A stretch of DNA of 64,000 bases from NCBI GenBank assembly GCA_963738355.1, contig CAVTWF010000002.1, positions 198,720 to 262,719 of the forward strand, read 5' to 3'. The DNA is from an uncultured bacterium. GTDB lineage: Bacteria; Actinomycetota; Thermoleophilia; Solirubrobacterales; Solirubrobacteraceae. Positions within the stretch are counted from its first letter, which is position 1, and every line of letters begins with the position of its first letter. The translations under genes and the position numbers were made by a program. Below, piece after piece: positions 40,226 to 49,368 of this stretch. The notes under the pieces were generated by a model. The model worked only from the letters and a program-made list of their open reading frames with translations, was not told the DNA's origin and did no database searches.

Positions 40226-41611
40226 TTGAAAGGTCCCCTGCTCGGATTCCTTGTCTGCCTTTGCTGTCTGGCCACGCCGGCTGCTGCTGCTGCGAGCCCG
40301 CCGCCGCCGAAGGCACAAGCCGCCGGTATCGGCACCGATATCGCGGGCGCCTTCGCCGCAAAGCTCGCCACGGGTGGGGCGTCGTACCTGATCTCAAAGC
40401 TCCAGGAGGGAGCCCTCGGCGGCACCGGGGTGACGATCGGCAACTTCCTCTCCGATGCAGGCCTCGGCGGCAACAGCGGCGAATTCGCGGCCGTCAAAGA
40501 AGAGCTGGGCGCGGTCAATGAACGTCTGGTCGGCCTCCAGCAGCAGGTCGGCGCTCTGGACAGCAAGCTCGACCAGCTCGGCGCTACCGTCTCGAACGGC
40601 AACTACAGCATCATCGTCGCGCTCGCCAACAAGCTGCGCAGCGCCGTGTTCACCGGGGATCGCAAGCTACGCGCGATCGTCGCCGCCCCTGTGGCGGAAC
40701 GCCGCAGCCTGGCCGAAGACTTCGTCGACTTCTACAAGCGTGAGCTGAAGGACAAGGAACTCGAGTTCGAGGGCTACCTCACCGGAAACGGTGTGCCCGG
40801 CGCCGAGGGCATTCTGAAGATCGCCAGCCGCAAGGCGCGCAGCGCGGCCCAGCCCTTCTTCACGTACACGATGAGCGAGTTCCCGGGCCAGGTCTACAAC
40901 GACTACGCGATGGTCCAGGCGGTCTGGCTCGAGGAGCGCCTGAACTTCATGCACTTCGAACACAAGAGCCCGGAGCAGATGCAGGTCGCGATCAACGAAA
41001 CCAACGAAGGGGCCAACCGCGAGTGGCGGGAGATACCCCCGCTGCGGATCTTTCCCAACACGGTGATCGATACCCGGACCAACCTGCTGTGGACCTGGCG
41101 GATCAACCCCTCCGCGTGTGACCCCAAGAACGGTGAGATCCTGGCCAAGGAAACCCAGATCGCCGACCTCAAGGCCCTCCGCACGAAGCCGGCTGGCTGG
41201 CCAAAGCCGTTGCTCGACGCGCAGGACGAATTGAGGACATTGCGAAGCCAGTACGTCCAATGCCTGTACGACCATGGCGCGGACGCAAATCAGGCCACCT
41301 ATGACGAGCGGATCGGTCGCAATTCAATGGAGCCGACGAACGGAAGCCCGCCCGCCGGCTGGAAGCGCCCGAGTGTCGAACAGCTCAAGGCGCTCGATAG
41401 CGGCGCGAGCGGCGCGGTGCCGGCCTGGCTCAACTCTCGCGGCGGGTTTCCGTCTCGGATCACCGGTGAGGTCTGGACAGCGGCTCGCAGTGGCACCAGT
41501 GCCACCACGGTCAATCAGTCGACCGGCTCGGTACAGAACCGCGACGTCAACGACAAGCAGTTCACACTGCTCCAAGGCGAAGTCCTCGCCGCCTGGTACT
41601 GGGTTCAGTAG
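40226..41611 (+). CDS. Secreted protein: helical/coiled-coil N-region plus Lcl/DUF1566-like C-terminal domain
   Basis: TTG start after GGAAGGA; signal peptide; heptads ELGAVNERLVGLQQQVGALDSKLDQL; TVIDTRTNLLW...GWKRPSVEQLKAL...VWTA. Confidence 0.75.
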   Translation: MKGPLLGFLVCLCCLATPAAAAASPPPPKAQAAGIGTDIAGAFAAKLATGGASYLISKLQEGALGGTGVTIGNFLSDAGLGGNSGEFAAVKEELGAVNERLVGLQQQVGALDSKLDQLGATVSNGNYSIIVALANKLRSAVFTGDRKLRAIVAAPVAERRSLAEDFVDFYKRELKDKELEFEGYLTGNGVPGAEGILKIASRKARSAAQPFFTYTMSEFPGQVYNDYAMVQAVWLEERLNFMHFEHKSPEQMQVAINETNEGANREWREIPPLRIFPNTVIDTRTNLLWTWRINPSACDPKNGEILAKETQIADLKALRTKPAGWPKPLLDAQDELRTLRSQYVQCLYDHGADANQATYDERIGRNSMEPTNGSPPAGWKRPSVEQLKALDSGASGAVPAWLNSRGGFPSRITGEVWTAARSGTSATTVNQSTGSVQNRDVNDKQFTLLQGEVLAAWYWVQ

Positions 41612-41642
41612 CTCGCCCGGCGCGACCCGCCGAAGGGCCTTC

Positions 41643-42233
41643 CTACGCCCCTACGAGCGCTTCGATCGCGGCGTCGAACGACGGCCCACCGGCTGGCGAG
41701 AACGTCTTCATCGCGCCTCCACTCGCACCGAGCAGGAACGACGGGGTTCCGGTGAGACCAGCGTCCGCGGCCGCCTCTGCGTCGCTGGCGATCTTCCTGG
41801 GCAGCTCCGGGTCCTTGCGCTCGGTTGCCCACCGCGGGAGGTCGAGGTGCGGGATCTGACTAGCGATCCCCTCCAGGTAGGTCTCAGTGACGTAGCCTGA
41901 GCCCTCCTCGCCCTGCTCGGCGTAGAAGGTCTCGACGAAGTGCCACGCCTTCTCCTGCTCGCCCGCCGCCAGTGCCGCGACCTGCTGCGCCACGAACACA
42001 TCCCGCTCGCGCGTCGCCGTCTGCAACGCACGGTACTCAATTCGCAACTTTCCGCTCCGCACCCACCGTTGGATGATCGATGGCAGCACATCGAGCGAGA
42101 AATCCCTGCAGAACGGGCACTCGAGGTCGCCGAAGTACTCGAGCGTCACCGGCGCCGCCGGCTCGCCGAGCGCGTTTGCGCTCTGCGGAATGTCCGCGAG
42201 CAGTGCGTTGATCCCGTCGTCAGTCGAACTCAT
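41643..42233 (-). CDS. DsbA / thioredoxin-fold protein
   Basis: YFGDLECPFC, GLTGTPSF. Confidence 0.9.
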   Translation of the reverse strand: MSSTDDGINALLADIPQSANALGEPAAPVTLEYFGDLECPFCRDFSLDVLPSIIQRWVRSGKLRIEYRALQTATRERDVFVAQQVAALAAGEQEKAWHFVETFYAEQGEEGSGYVTETYLEGIASQIPHLDLPRWATERKDPELPRKIASDAEAAADAGLTGTPSFLLGASGGAMKTFSPAGGPSFDAAIEALVGA

Positions 42234-42487
42234 TCAGCTGACTATTGCAGGCTCACGTTTGCCCCTGGCTGATCGATGACCGAGTCCGGCGACGATGTCC
42301 GCTGCTCCCGTCACCCGCCTGCAACTCGGCCACTCGGCGCAGCAAGCTAGCGTTCTCGGAGCGCAGCCAGCAGCTGGTGCTGCAGGGTGCACTGCAGCTT
42401 GCTCGCCCCGGAGCAAGGGCAGGCGATCGAGAGATGCGCTCGTGGGCTGCGTGGGCGGGCGAGCCTAGTGAACTGCGCCGCGCACGC

Positions 42488-42802
42488 TCACGAGAACTCT
42501 GTTACCGAGTACACGGGACGCTTGACGCGTAGCGGGGCGCTCGCCCCGGCGGCGGTGTGCACGACGAATGGCTCGTCGCGCCCATGGTCCAGGATTGCGA
42601 CCACGACATCAGCTCCTTGGGACAGCGGCCTGCCAACCTCGATTTCCCAGTCATGCCCATCAAAGCGGCAACTCAGCTTGAAGATGCGCCGCGCCCTCGC
42701 CGGGCAACCGGCGGCGATCTGCGAACGCTCGCGCAGCTCACCGTAGGCGACCTCCGCGCGCTCGCCTTGAGACTCGATGCCGGGGACAAAAAACGTCGTC
42801 AC
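42488..42802 (-). CDS. Hypothetical protein
   Basis: 104 aa, start overlaps upstream stop (GTGA). Confidence 0.6.
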   Translation of the reverse strand: MTTFFVPGIESQGERAEVAYGELRERSQIAAGCPARARRIFKLSCRFDGHDWEIEVGRPLSQGADVVVAILDHGRDEPFVVHTAAGASAPLRVKRPVYSVTEFS

Positions 42803-42954
42803 TTGCGGCGTCCCTTCGACGGTCTTGGGGGATAGCGCTTGCGCTCCTCCGCCGTCATCTTGCGGACAGTGAGCGAGCCATCTTTGATCTGCCGCCGCAT
42901 CTTCTCGAGGCCTGCGCGGCGCCGCTCGGCCGCACGATCTGCCTGAGTAACCAC
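42799..42954 (-). CDS. Small basic hypothetical protein (51 aa)
   Basis: Manual translation MVTQADRAAERRRAGLEKMRRQIKDGSLTVRKMTAEERKRYPPRPSKGRRK; coupled to next gene. Confidence 0.6.
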   Translation of the reverse strand: MVTQADRAAERRRAGLEKMRRQIKDGSLTVRKMTAEERKRYPPRPSKGRRK

Positions 42955-43319
42955 AGCATCTAGGTTAGCGCGCCGCGGCAGTCACTCAGCGATCGGCCGA
43001 AGAACCCCAAGGCGGTGCGTGAGGCTACTACGCCGCGAGCGGCGCCACTCGCGCTCTGGCGAGGCGCAACGCGTCCCGAGGCCCTGCCTCCCCTGGGCGT
43101 TGCAAACGGTCTCGATCAACTCGTCCCGGAGCTGCGGATTCCCCGCTCCTAGGCGATCCAACGGATGCAGCGCACGAGATCAAAGCCGCCGTGGGCAGGT
43201 CAAAGACCCGGCCCACGGAGCCAGAGTAGGATCCGCCGACGAGGCGGAACGCAAAGGTGGCCGCGACACTGGTGTCGGGCCAGCCTGACGGTCTGTCACC
43301 AACGAGCAGGAGGTGTGTG

Positions 43320-43676
43320 ATGGCAGAGGCCGGATTATTCATCGGATGGGGCGAGTCCATTACCGGGCGCGAGGCGAAGGGGTTGGAGGTCTTTGCTGAG
43401 ACCCTGGCGTACTTCGGCAAGGCTGAGCAGGACGGCCGCATCGAGAGCTACGAGACCGTGTTGCTCTACCCCCACGGCGGCGACCTCGGAGGCTTCATTC
43501 TGGTCCGTGGGAGCGAGACGCAAATCGCCGTGCTGCGCGCGGAGGACGAGTTCGAGCGGGTCGTCACGCGGGCCACGCTCGTTGTGCAGGACGTTGGCGT
43601 CGTCGACGCGGCACTCGGCGACGGCTTGCAGGACGCGATCAGCGTCTATCAAGCGGCCGTGACCGACCTGACCTAA
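43320..43676 (+). CDS. Hypothetical protein
   Basis: AGGAGG SD; MAEAGLFIGWG...PHGGDLGGFILVRG. Confidence 0.7.
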   Translation: MAEAGLFIGWGESITGREAKGLEVFAETLAYFGKAEQDGRIESYETVLLYPHGGDLGGFILVRGSETQIAVLRAEDEFERVVTRATLVVQDVGVVDAALGDGLQDAISVYQAAVTDLT

Positions 43677-43721
43677 AGCCCACGCTTTAGACGGCTTGCC
43701 CCGTCTAGGCAGAGCAACTAA

Positions 43722-44339
43722 TTGTCGGTGTCAAGCACAGGAGCCACCGGTTACCGCCTCCGAGTCGAGTACCAGGCGGACGCCGAGGAGCGGCTGCATG
43801 AGACGACTGCCCTCGCGGAGATCGAAGACGCAGTCATCGCCCATTGCATGGCCTACGCGCCGAATCCGCCATACCGTCCGCAGGCGATCAAGGAGCGCCT
43901 GCTCCCCGCAGGCTGGCAGCCCGAGATCAGGGTGCCGCCGTTCGAGAAGCGCTACGACAACTTACCGATCAATGACCGTTACGACCTTTGGAAACAGTTC
44001 GAGGTGGGAAGCAAGAGCGTTGGTGTGGCGATCGAGGTCGAGCGATGGGAGGTGGCTGGTGACCTGCTCAAGTTTCGCCGTGGCATCGAGCGCGGGCAGA
44101 TCATCGTTGGGGTTGTGCTCCATGACTGCCCGGACACGCTGGAGTACGTCTACCAGCATGTGCGCCTCATCTCGGGACCGCTGCTGAGCGAGATCCCGGT
44201 TGCTTTTGTGGCGCCGGAAGGCGAAGGGCTAGCTGAACCGAGGCCGCCGACTCAACGTCACTTCGCACGCTACCCAATGCCCACGGACCCGGTGATGACA
44301 GTCGATACCGGGGCCGCTAGCAGCGGGACTGGCGTGTAG
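43722..44339 (+). CDS. PD-(D/E)xK restriction-endonuclease-like protein (BglII/BstYI-like)
   Basis: GWQPE...RYDLWK...VAIEVE...GDLLKF...VGVVL motif order. Confidence 0.6.
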   Translation: MSVSSTGATGYRLRVEYQADAEERLHETTALAEIEDAVIAHCMAYAPNPPYRPQAIKERLLPAGWQPEIRVPPFEKRYDNLPINDRYDLWKQFEVGSKSVGVAIEVERWEVAGDLLKFRRGIERGQIIVGVVLHDCPDTLEYVYQHVRLISGPLLSEIPVAFVAPEGEGLAEPRPPTQRHFARYPMPTDPVMTVDTGAASSGTGV

Positions 44340-44462
44340 AGCCCGGCGGGGGTAAGCCCGCACTTTTGGGTGCGGCGCGTTACGGTGCGGTGCTACAACC
44401 CCCGACGCGATTCGTGCGCAAGGTCTGAGTTGCCGATCGGTAGAGCCGCTGAGGGTCAGTAG

Positions 44463-44717
44463 ATGCTGGCCCGTGTGCTGATCGTCTGCATTACCGTTCC
44501 GGCGATCGCGTTGGGCGTGCTCTTTCTCTCTTCGAGCGACCACCAGACAGCCGCAAACGTGCTGCTCTTGGGCTACCTGGGATTGGCGTTGGCCCTCCTC
44601 GTGCTGCCCCGCGCGCTGGGGCTGCCAAAGTGGAGCCGCGACGAGGCTTACCTCAGGAAGCTTGGCCGCTGGTGGCGCGGTCGCAGTCGGACCGAGGACG
44701 ATCCGCGCGCTCCTTAG
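44463..44717 (+). CDS. Small two-TM membrane protein
   Basis: Two hydrophobic helices, 84 aa. Confidence 0.5.
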   Translation: MLARVLIVCITVPAIALGVLFLSSSDHQTAANVLLLGYLGLALALLVLPRALGLPKWSRDEAYLRKLGRWWRGRSRTEDDPRAP

Positions 44718-45240
44718 GTGCTGAGACGGTGACCACGCCGCGCTCGCGCTCCGTCCCGATGAAGGGGCCGGGAGCGTTCGAGATCCAGGCGTCGGGCTCG
44801 TGATCTGCCACCGGCTCATGGTGGCGCGGGTGCCGGGCGCGGCGCCTACGGCCTGAAGGTCCCGGGATCCATCGCTAGACGCTGCCCGCGGCGCCCTTCC
44901 GACGCGCAGGCGCGTACGCTTGATGCTGAGTCCGCGCAGTTGCTACGGCAGCCTTGCGCCCCCGCGGGAAATCGCCGCCCAAGGAGACCTCAATCTACGG
45001 GATCTCCGGCACCCGCGACTGCTTCTTGCGACGGAACCAGGGCATCGCCCGACGATCGTAACGGCGCGCGGATGTCGGATGTTGGCGGCGGTCCTGCGCC
45101 GACAGATCGCGGTGCGATACGACAGACCAGCATCGCGACGCGCGGCGCGTTTACGAATCCGTTTACTGCCGCCCGCGATAGCTAGTCGCGGGGCCTGATC
45201 CGACCACCAGAACCACTCGATTACCAGGCACTACTGACAA

Positions 45241-45285
45241 CGGGAGTGACGGGACTCGAACCCGCGACCTCCGGCGTGACAGGCC
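45241..45285 (-). pseudogene. 3' fragment of tRNA-Asp(GTC), probable att-site remnant
   Basis: Minus strand GGCCTGTCACGCCGGAGGTCGCGGGTTCGAGTCCCGTCACTCCCG: anticodon loop, T-arm, acceptor 3' strand; no D-arm or 5' acceptor upstream. Confidence 0.85.
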
Positions 45286-45584
45286 ATGCCAGGCGTTACG
45301 ACGGGCGACGACGATCGGCGACCGAGCTTGCGATGTTGCAGGACTTTCGCTCGGTCGAGAGCCGTCTGGTCGCAGCGCCACAGGCTACACGGTGGCGGAC
45401 GTTTGGGCCACGATCGGGCCACGAAGCGGAGGCCCTGCTTCAGGGCGAAGCAGGAGCGCCACGCGGGTCAGACGATCGTGCCGCTGCTCCTCAATCTGGG
45501 CAGTGTCGGTGGGAGTGCCGGATCCGTGCAGAAGGAGAAGCGGCGGCGCCAAGCCGTCACCAGGCGCTCATTCGACACTCCGAC

Positions 45585-45644
45585 GCAAGGTCGAGGGCCT
45601 TGTGGACCGTATGGTCCGTGGTGGCTCGAGTCCACTCGAGCGCA
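45585..45644 (+). pseudogene. Degenerate tRNA-Leu(GAG) 3' portion
   Basis: CAAGG-TCGAGGG-CCTTG anticodon arm, long variable arm GGACC-GTAT-GGTCC, T-arm GTGG-CTCGAGT-CCAC, GAGCGCA end; D-arm missing. Confidence 0.72.
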
Positions 45645-45889
45645 TCAAGCATCCGTGGCAAGCGGTCGCGTGCTCAGCGCTGACCGCGCGGGGAGATTCG
45701 GACCGCGTCGCTCCTCGAGGCTCGACAGGCACTCGACCCTCGCCTACACCGGATGCCCAGCGCCCGGCGCCCTCGGGAAGAAGATTCGCTCAGCCAGCGT
45801 CTGTTTGGGGCGAATAGAGCAGCCGCCCACTTGCGCCAGCCGCGACGTCGCTCGTCGCCTGGCCGGAGTCCTCTGCGTCTTGAAGAGGC

Positions 45890-46115
45890 TTAGCGACGGC
45901 AAGCACCTGCTCGCGTGTCAGCTCCATCCGTGCTCTGCGCGCGCGTGCGCGGAACACACCGCCACGACGTCTTCCTCGCTTCCCGCGCAGCTCCAGCCAC
46001 AGTCACACTCCACGCTCCATTCCGCGCTGTCGTACTCACGCTGCCTCCGGTCCCAAGCCGGCGCTGAGCTCTTCCCCAATCGTGCCCGCGGAGCTGACGA
46101 CCTCTCGTGGGACAC
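45890..46115 (-). CDS. DUF1059-like small protein (indel near 45928; end approximate)
   Basis: ECDCGWSCAGSEEDVVAVCSAHARAEHG, continuing in another frame as MELTREQVLAVAKP. Confidence 0.55.
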
Positions 46116-46146
46116 GCTCGCGTGTGGGTTGCGGATGCTAGATCGA

Positions 46147-47361
46147 TCACATGCATTCGCTTCCTTCGCAGTGTGGCGGCGTATAGGCGGCCGTCACCTT
46201 GAGCGTCTTCGAGACGACCGTCCGCTTGCTGAATGGCCTGGCGCCCGCCGGACCGACGTCGGCCGCGACTTCTCCGCTTGCCGGATACGGCGGCGGCGGG
46301 GAGAACGAGCCATCACAGACGGTCGTCGTGCACGTCGTCAGCGGAAGCCATGTGCCGGACTTGCTACGCGAAAAGACATTAATTCGGTATGAGCTTTCAC
46401 CGAGTGGGTTGTTGGTGACCGCCTCAATAGTCAGCGGCACGCCCACGGAGCTCGAGGGAAACGAGGTGAGCGTAAGCGTCCACGGCGGCAGGGCACCGTT
46501 TGCGGCGATATGCAGGGGACCACCCGTGGAGCGGTCGGAGATGAGATGCTGGTTGGCGTCCGCGCCGTCGAGATCGGCGCGCCCGATCTCAGAGTCGATG
46601 TTGTTGACCCAGTAGATGTACTTGCCGAACGTCGCGACACCAACGGGGCCGACGATCCCTCCGATGAAACGCCGGGTGACATGCTTGCCATCGAGGTTCG
46701 CGCGCCCGATCGAGCCGAAGTCGGGGTCGCACCAGTAGATGTGCTTGCCGTGCACCGTCAGTGCCAGCGGTCCGAACGGTCCCTCGAGTTCTTCCATGCG
46801 GTAGATGAAGCGCCGCTTGACTTCGCCGCCTTCGAGATTTGCGCGGGCGATCCACAAGCCAGGTTCGCTTGACCAATAGATGTAGTTCCCATGGACTGCC
46901 AGGGCCACTACATTGCCCTCGCCGGCAATCAGGCTCTTGTTCACTTCGCCTCCTTCTAGGTTCGAGCGCCCGATCGTGTTTTTCAGACCACTCGCCCAGT
47001 AGAGGTACTTGCCGTTGAGCGCCACTTCGTCGACCCCCTTGATGCCCGCGATGAAGCTCTCGTTGACTTCGCCGCCTTCGAGGTTCGCCCGGCCGATGGT
47101 GCCGCTGGCCTCGTTGGCCCAGTAGACGTATTTGGCTCCCACCGCTACGCCATTGGGTCTGGAGGCGCCGGCGATGAAGCGTTCATCGACTTCGCCGCCG
47201 GCGAGGTTGGCGCGCTCCAGCGTCCCGAGTTCGGGATTGGTCCAGTAGAGATAGGCATCTGCCGGGGTGGTGAGGCACGTCGGTCCCAGGAGCGCGGCGA
47301 CCAGCACGAGCGCGCGGACGGCGCGCCGACGTCGAGTTCCGAGGGGTATGAATGGGGACAC
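46147..47361 (-). CDS. Secreted beta-propeller protein with YWTD/LDLR-B-like repeats
   Basis: Signal peptide; six repeats of Y(I/L/V)YW....IGRANL(D/E)G. Confidence 0.85.
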   Translation of the reverse strand: MSPFIPLGTRRRRAVRALVLVAALLGPTCLTTPADAYLYWTNPELGTLERANLAGGEVDERFIAGASRPNGVAVGAKYVYWANEASGTIGRANLEGGEVNESFIAGIKGVDEVALNGKYLYWASGLKNTIGRSNLEGGEVNKSLIAGEGNVVALAVHGNYIYWSSEPGLWIARANLEGGEVKRRFIYRMEELEGPFGPLALTVHGKHIYWCDPDFGSIGRANLDGKHVTRRFIGGIVGPVGVATFGKYIYWVNNIDSEIGRADLDGADANQHLISDRSTGGPLHIAANGALPPWTLTLTSFPSSSVGVPLTIEAVTNNPLGESSYRINVFSRSKSGTWLPLTTCTTTVCDGSFSPPPPYPASGEVAADVGPAGARPFSKRTVVSKTLKVTAAYTPPHCEGSECM

Positions 47362-47524
47362 GAGAGCCGCCTTCGGTCGTTGATCGCAGCGATCATCGCC
47401 CGTGCGGGAGTGCTTCGCATCGGGAACGCCACCTGATCTTTACACCGAATAGGCGAAGCCCGGCACAACGGATGTTCGCTGCCGTGGGCGGCGCTTCGGA
47501 CTGGCTCCACCGCGCACACCGCGG

Positions 47525-47728
47525 CTACTGCCGGTCGTCCGCGCCTCTAGCCGCTTCCTGGTAGCAGCCCTCGTGCATCGCGAGACCCCGCGATGGTGGC
47601 CCTCTCTGCGCAAGCCGTGAGCCACGCCGCAACGGTTGATCGGCGACCACCACGAGGAGCGGCTCATAGACACCTAGCGGCTCGCCGCACAGAGGCCACC
47701 TCCATGACTGAGATTGCTTGCTGGTCAC
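47525..47728 (-). CDS. Small hypothetical protein
   Basis: CGEPLGVYEPL...HEGCY, possible metal-binding. Confidence 0.45.
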   Translation of the reverse strand: MTSKQSQSWRWPLCGEPLGVYEPLLVVVADQPLRRGSRLAQRGPPSRGLAMHEGCYQEAARGADDRQ

Positions 47729-47904
47729 GATCGCCGCCCGTTCTTCTCATGATCGAGCGCCCCGTTTTGCTCATCAGTAGTAACCGCCGTCAGGACGGTC
47801 AGCAATTGCCCGTATGGCATGCCGCAACGCGGTGATTCGACGTGGTCCCCAACAGCGCCCCTGCCAGCATCAAGGGGGCTTGACCATCTGCCGATAGAAC
47901 CGCG

Positions 47905-49368
47905 ATGGGAGCTACCCCCACCAGCGGAGCTGCCGCGCGAGATAGTGACGGCAGCGGGCGAAGGCCGCGATTTCTGGCCGCGGCACAGCCTTTCGGGGCT
48001 GTGTTGCTCGCCTGTCTCTGCCTGGCGCCATCTGCCGCGGATGCGGCCGGACCTCAGGTCACCGTGCGCATCCAGCAGGCCTCCGGCGCTCCGTCGGATT
48101 ACTTCATCGTGAGCGCCACTCCGGGGCGGCGCGTGCCCGCTGGCTGGCTCGTGGTGAACAACCCCACCGGCAAGGCCCTCACGGTGCTCCTGGGCCCCGT
48201 CAACGGACTAACCGCGAGCACGCTCGGCTCGCTGTACGCGACCACGGCCGCGGCGCGTGCCGGCTCGACATCCTGGATCGCGCTGAGCACCCGCCGGCTG
48301 TCGATCCCGGCCCACAGCGCGCGCGGCGTCGAAGTTGGCGTCCTCGCGCCCCGCGCGGCAAGGCCAGGCGACTATCTGAGCGGCGTCTCCGTCGAAACGC
48401 CGGGAACCACGCAGACCACTGCTCGCGCGCACGGCCTCGAGATCGGCGAGGCCTACCGCTACGTGGTGGGCGTCGAGACGCGCCTGCCAGGTCCGCGGCG
48501 CCCCCACATTCGCTTCACCGGTGCGCTCGTCGCGCGCTATCCCTCCTCGGTGACGTTCCTGCTGCTGGCGCGCAACGACGGCAACGTGATCCTCAAGAAC
48601 GTCCATGGCTGGGTCATGATCACGCGAGGCGGAAGCCATGTGATCTCGCAGACAATCGCGCCCGGGACGTTCGTCTCGCACACGAGCATCGAACTACCGG
48701 TCGCGACTCCCCACCAGCACCCCAGCGCGGGTACTCGCTACCGCGTGCGCGCCGAGCTCATCTACCAGGGCGGCATCGCGTACCTCGACACCGGCGTGAT
48801 CTTCGGGCATCGCGCCGCTCAGATACAGGCTCAGTACACGGGCCGTGGCGTCGTCCGCTCGGGCACGCCGTGGTGGCCTCTCGCGGCGGCTGCGATCGCC
48901 GCGCTGCTGGCACTCGCGGGGCTCTGGTGGGCCTGGCGGCGCCGGCGCCGTCCGCTTAGCCGCCGCGCGACGGTTTCACTGCTGGAGCGCCGCCTCGCCC
49001 GCGCTCGCAAGCAGGGCACCGTGCTGAGCCTCGTCTGTCTCGACCTCATGGCGCCGGCTTCGCAATCGCTGGGCCGCCGCGTGGCCAAGGTGGTGCGGCC
49101 GGCGCTGAGAGGCTCCGACGCGGTCGGCGACCTGGGGGGCGGCCACCTGCTCGTGATCCTGCCCGGTACGGGCGAGTCACTCGCCAAGGGACTGGCGGAC
49201 GAGCTCACCACGACGCTACAGGCAGCGGGCCTCACCCAGATGGTGAGCGGCGCGCGCCCGTTGACACCTGGCGCGGACATCGACCTGGCGCAACTGCTCG
49301 CGCAGCTGGCGCCGCAGGGACACGATGACCAGACGGCCAACTACCGCGGCGCGGCGATCTCCGCCTAG
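47905..49368 (+). CDS. DUF916/WxLIP-like membrane-anchored protein with C-terminal degenerate GGDEF domain
   Basis: YFIVSATPG...VVNN...SWI...PGDYLSGV, ARNDGNVILK (DUF916/DUF3324-like), TM helix + RRRRR, then LSLVCLDL...LRGSDAVGDLGGGHLLVILPGT. Confidence 0.8.
   Translation: MGATPTSGAAARDSDGSGRRPRFLAAAQPFGAVLLACLCLAPSAADAAGPQVTVRIQQASGAPSDYFIVSATPGRRVPAGWLVVNNPTGKALTVLLGPVNGLTASTLGSLYATTAAARAGSTSWIALSTRRLSIPAHSARGVEVGVLAPRAARPGDYLSGVSVETPGTTQTTARAHGLEIGEAYRYVVGVETRLPGPRRPHIRFTGALVARYPSSVTFLLLARNDGNVILKNVHGWVMITRGGSHVISQTIAPGTFVSHTSIELPVATPHQHPSAGTRYRVRAELIYQGGIAYLDTGVIFGHRAAQIQAQYTGRGVVRSGTPWWPLAAAAIAALLALAGLWWAWRRRRRPLSRRATVSLLERRLARARKQGTVLSLVCLDLMAPASQSLGRRVAKVVRPALRGSDAVGDLGGGHLLVILPGTGESLAKGLADELTTTLQAAGLTQMVSGARPLTPGADIDLAQLLAQLAPQGHDDQTANYRGAAISA

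Noticed and set aside
40226-41611. Diversity-generating retroelement targeting the Lcl-like domain
   Set aside because: No reverse transcriptase and no template repeat differing only at adenines seen in the window
45241-45644. Functional tRNA genes
   Set aside because: Both lack a D-arm, the Asp copy lacks a 5' acceptor strand, and the Leu copy has altered T-loop and anticodon-loop bases
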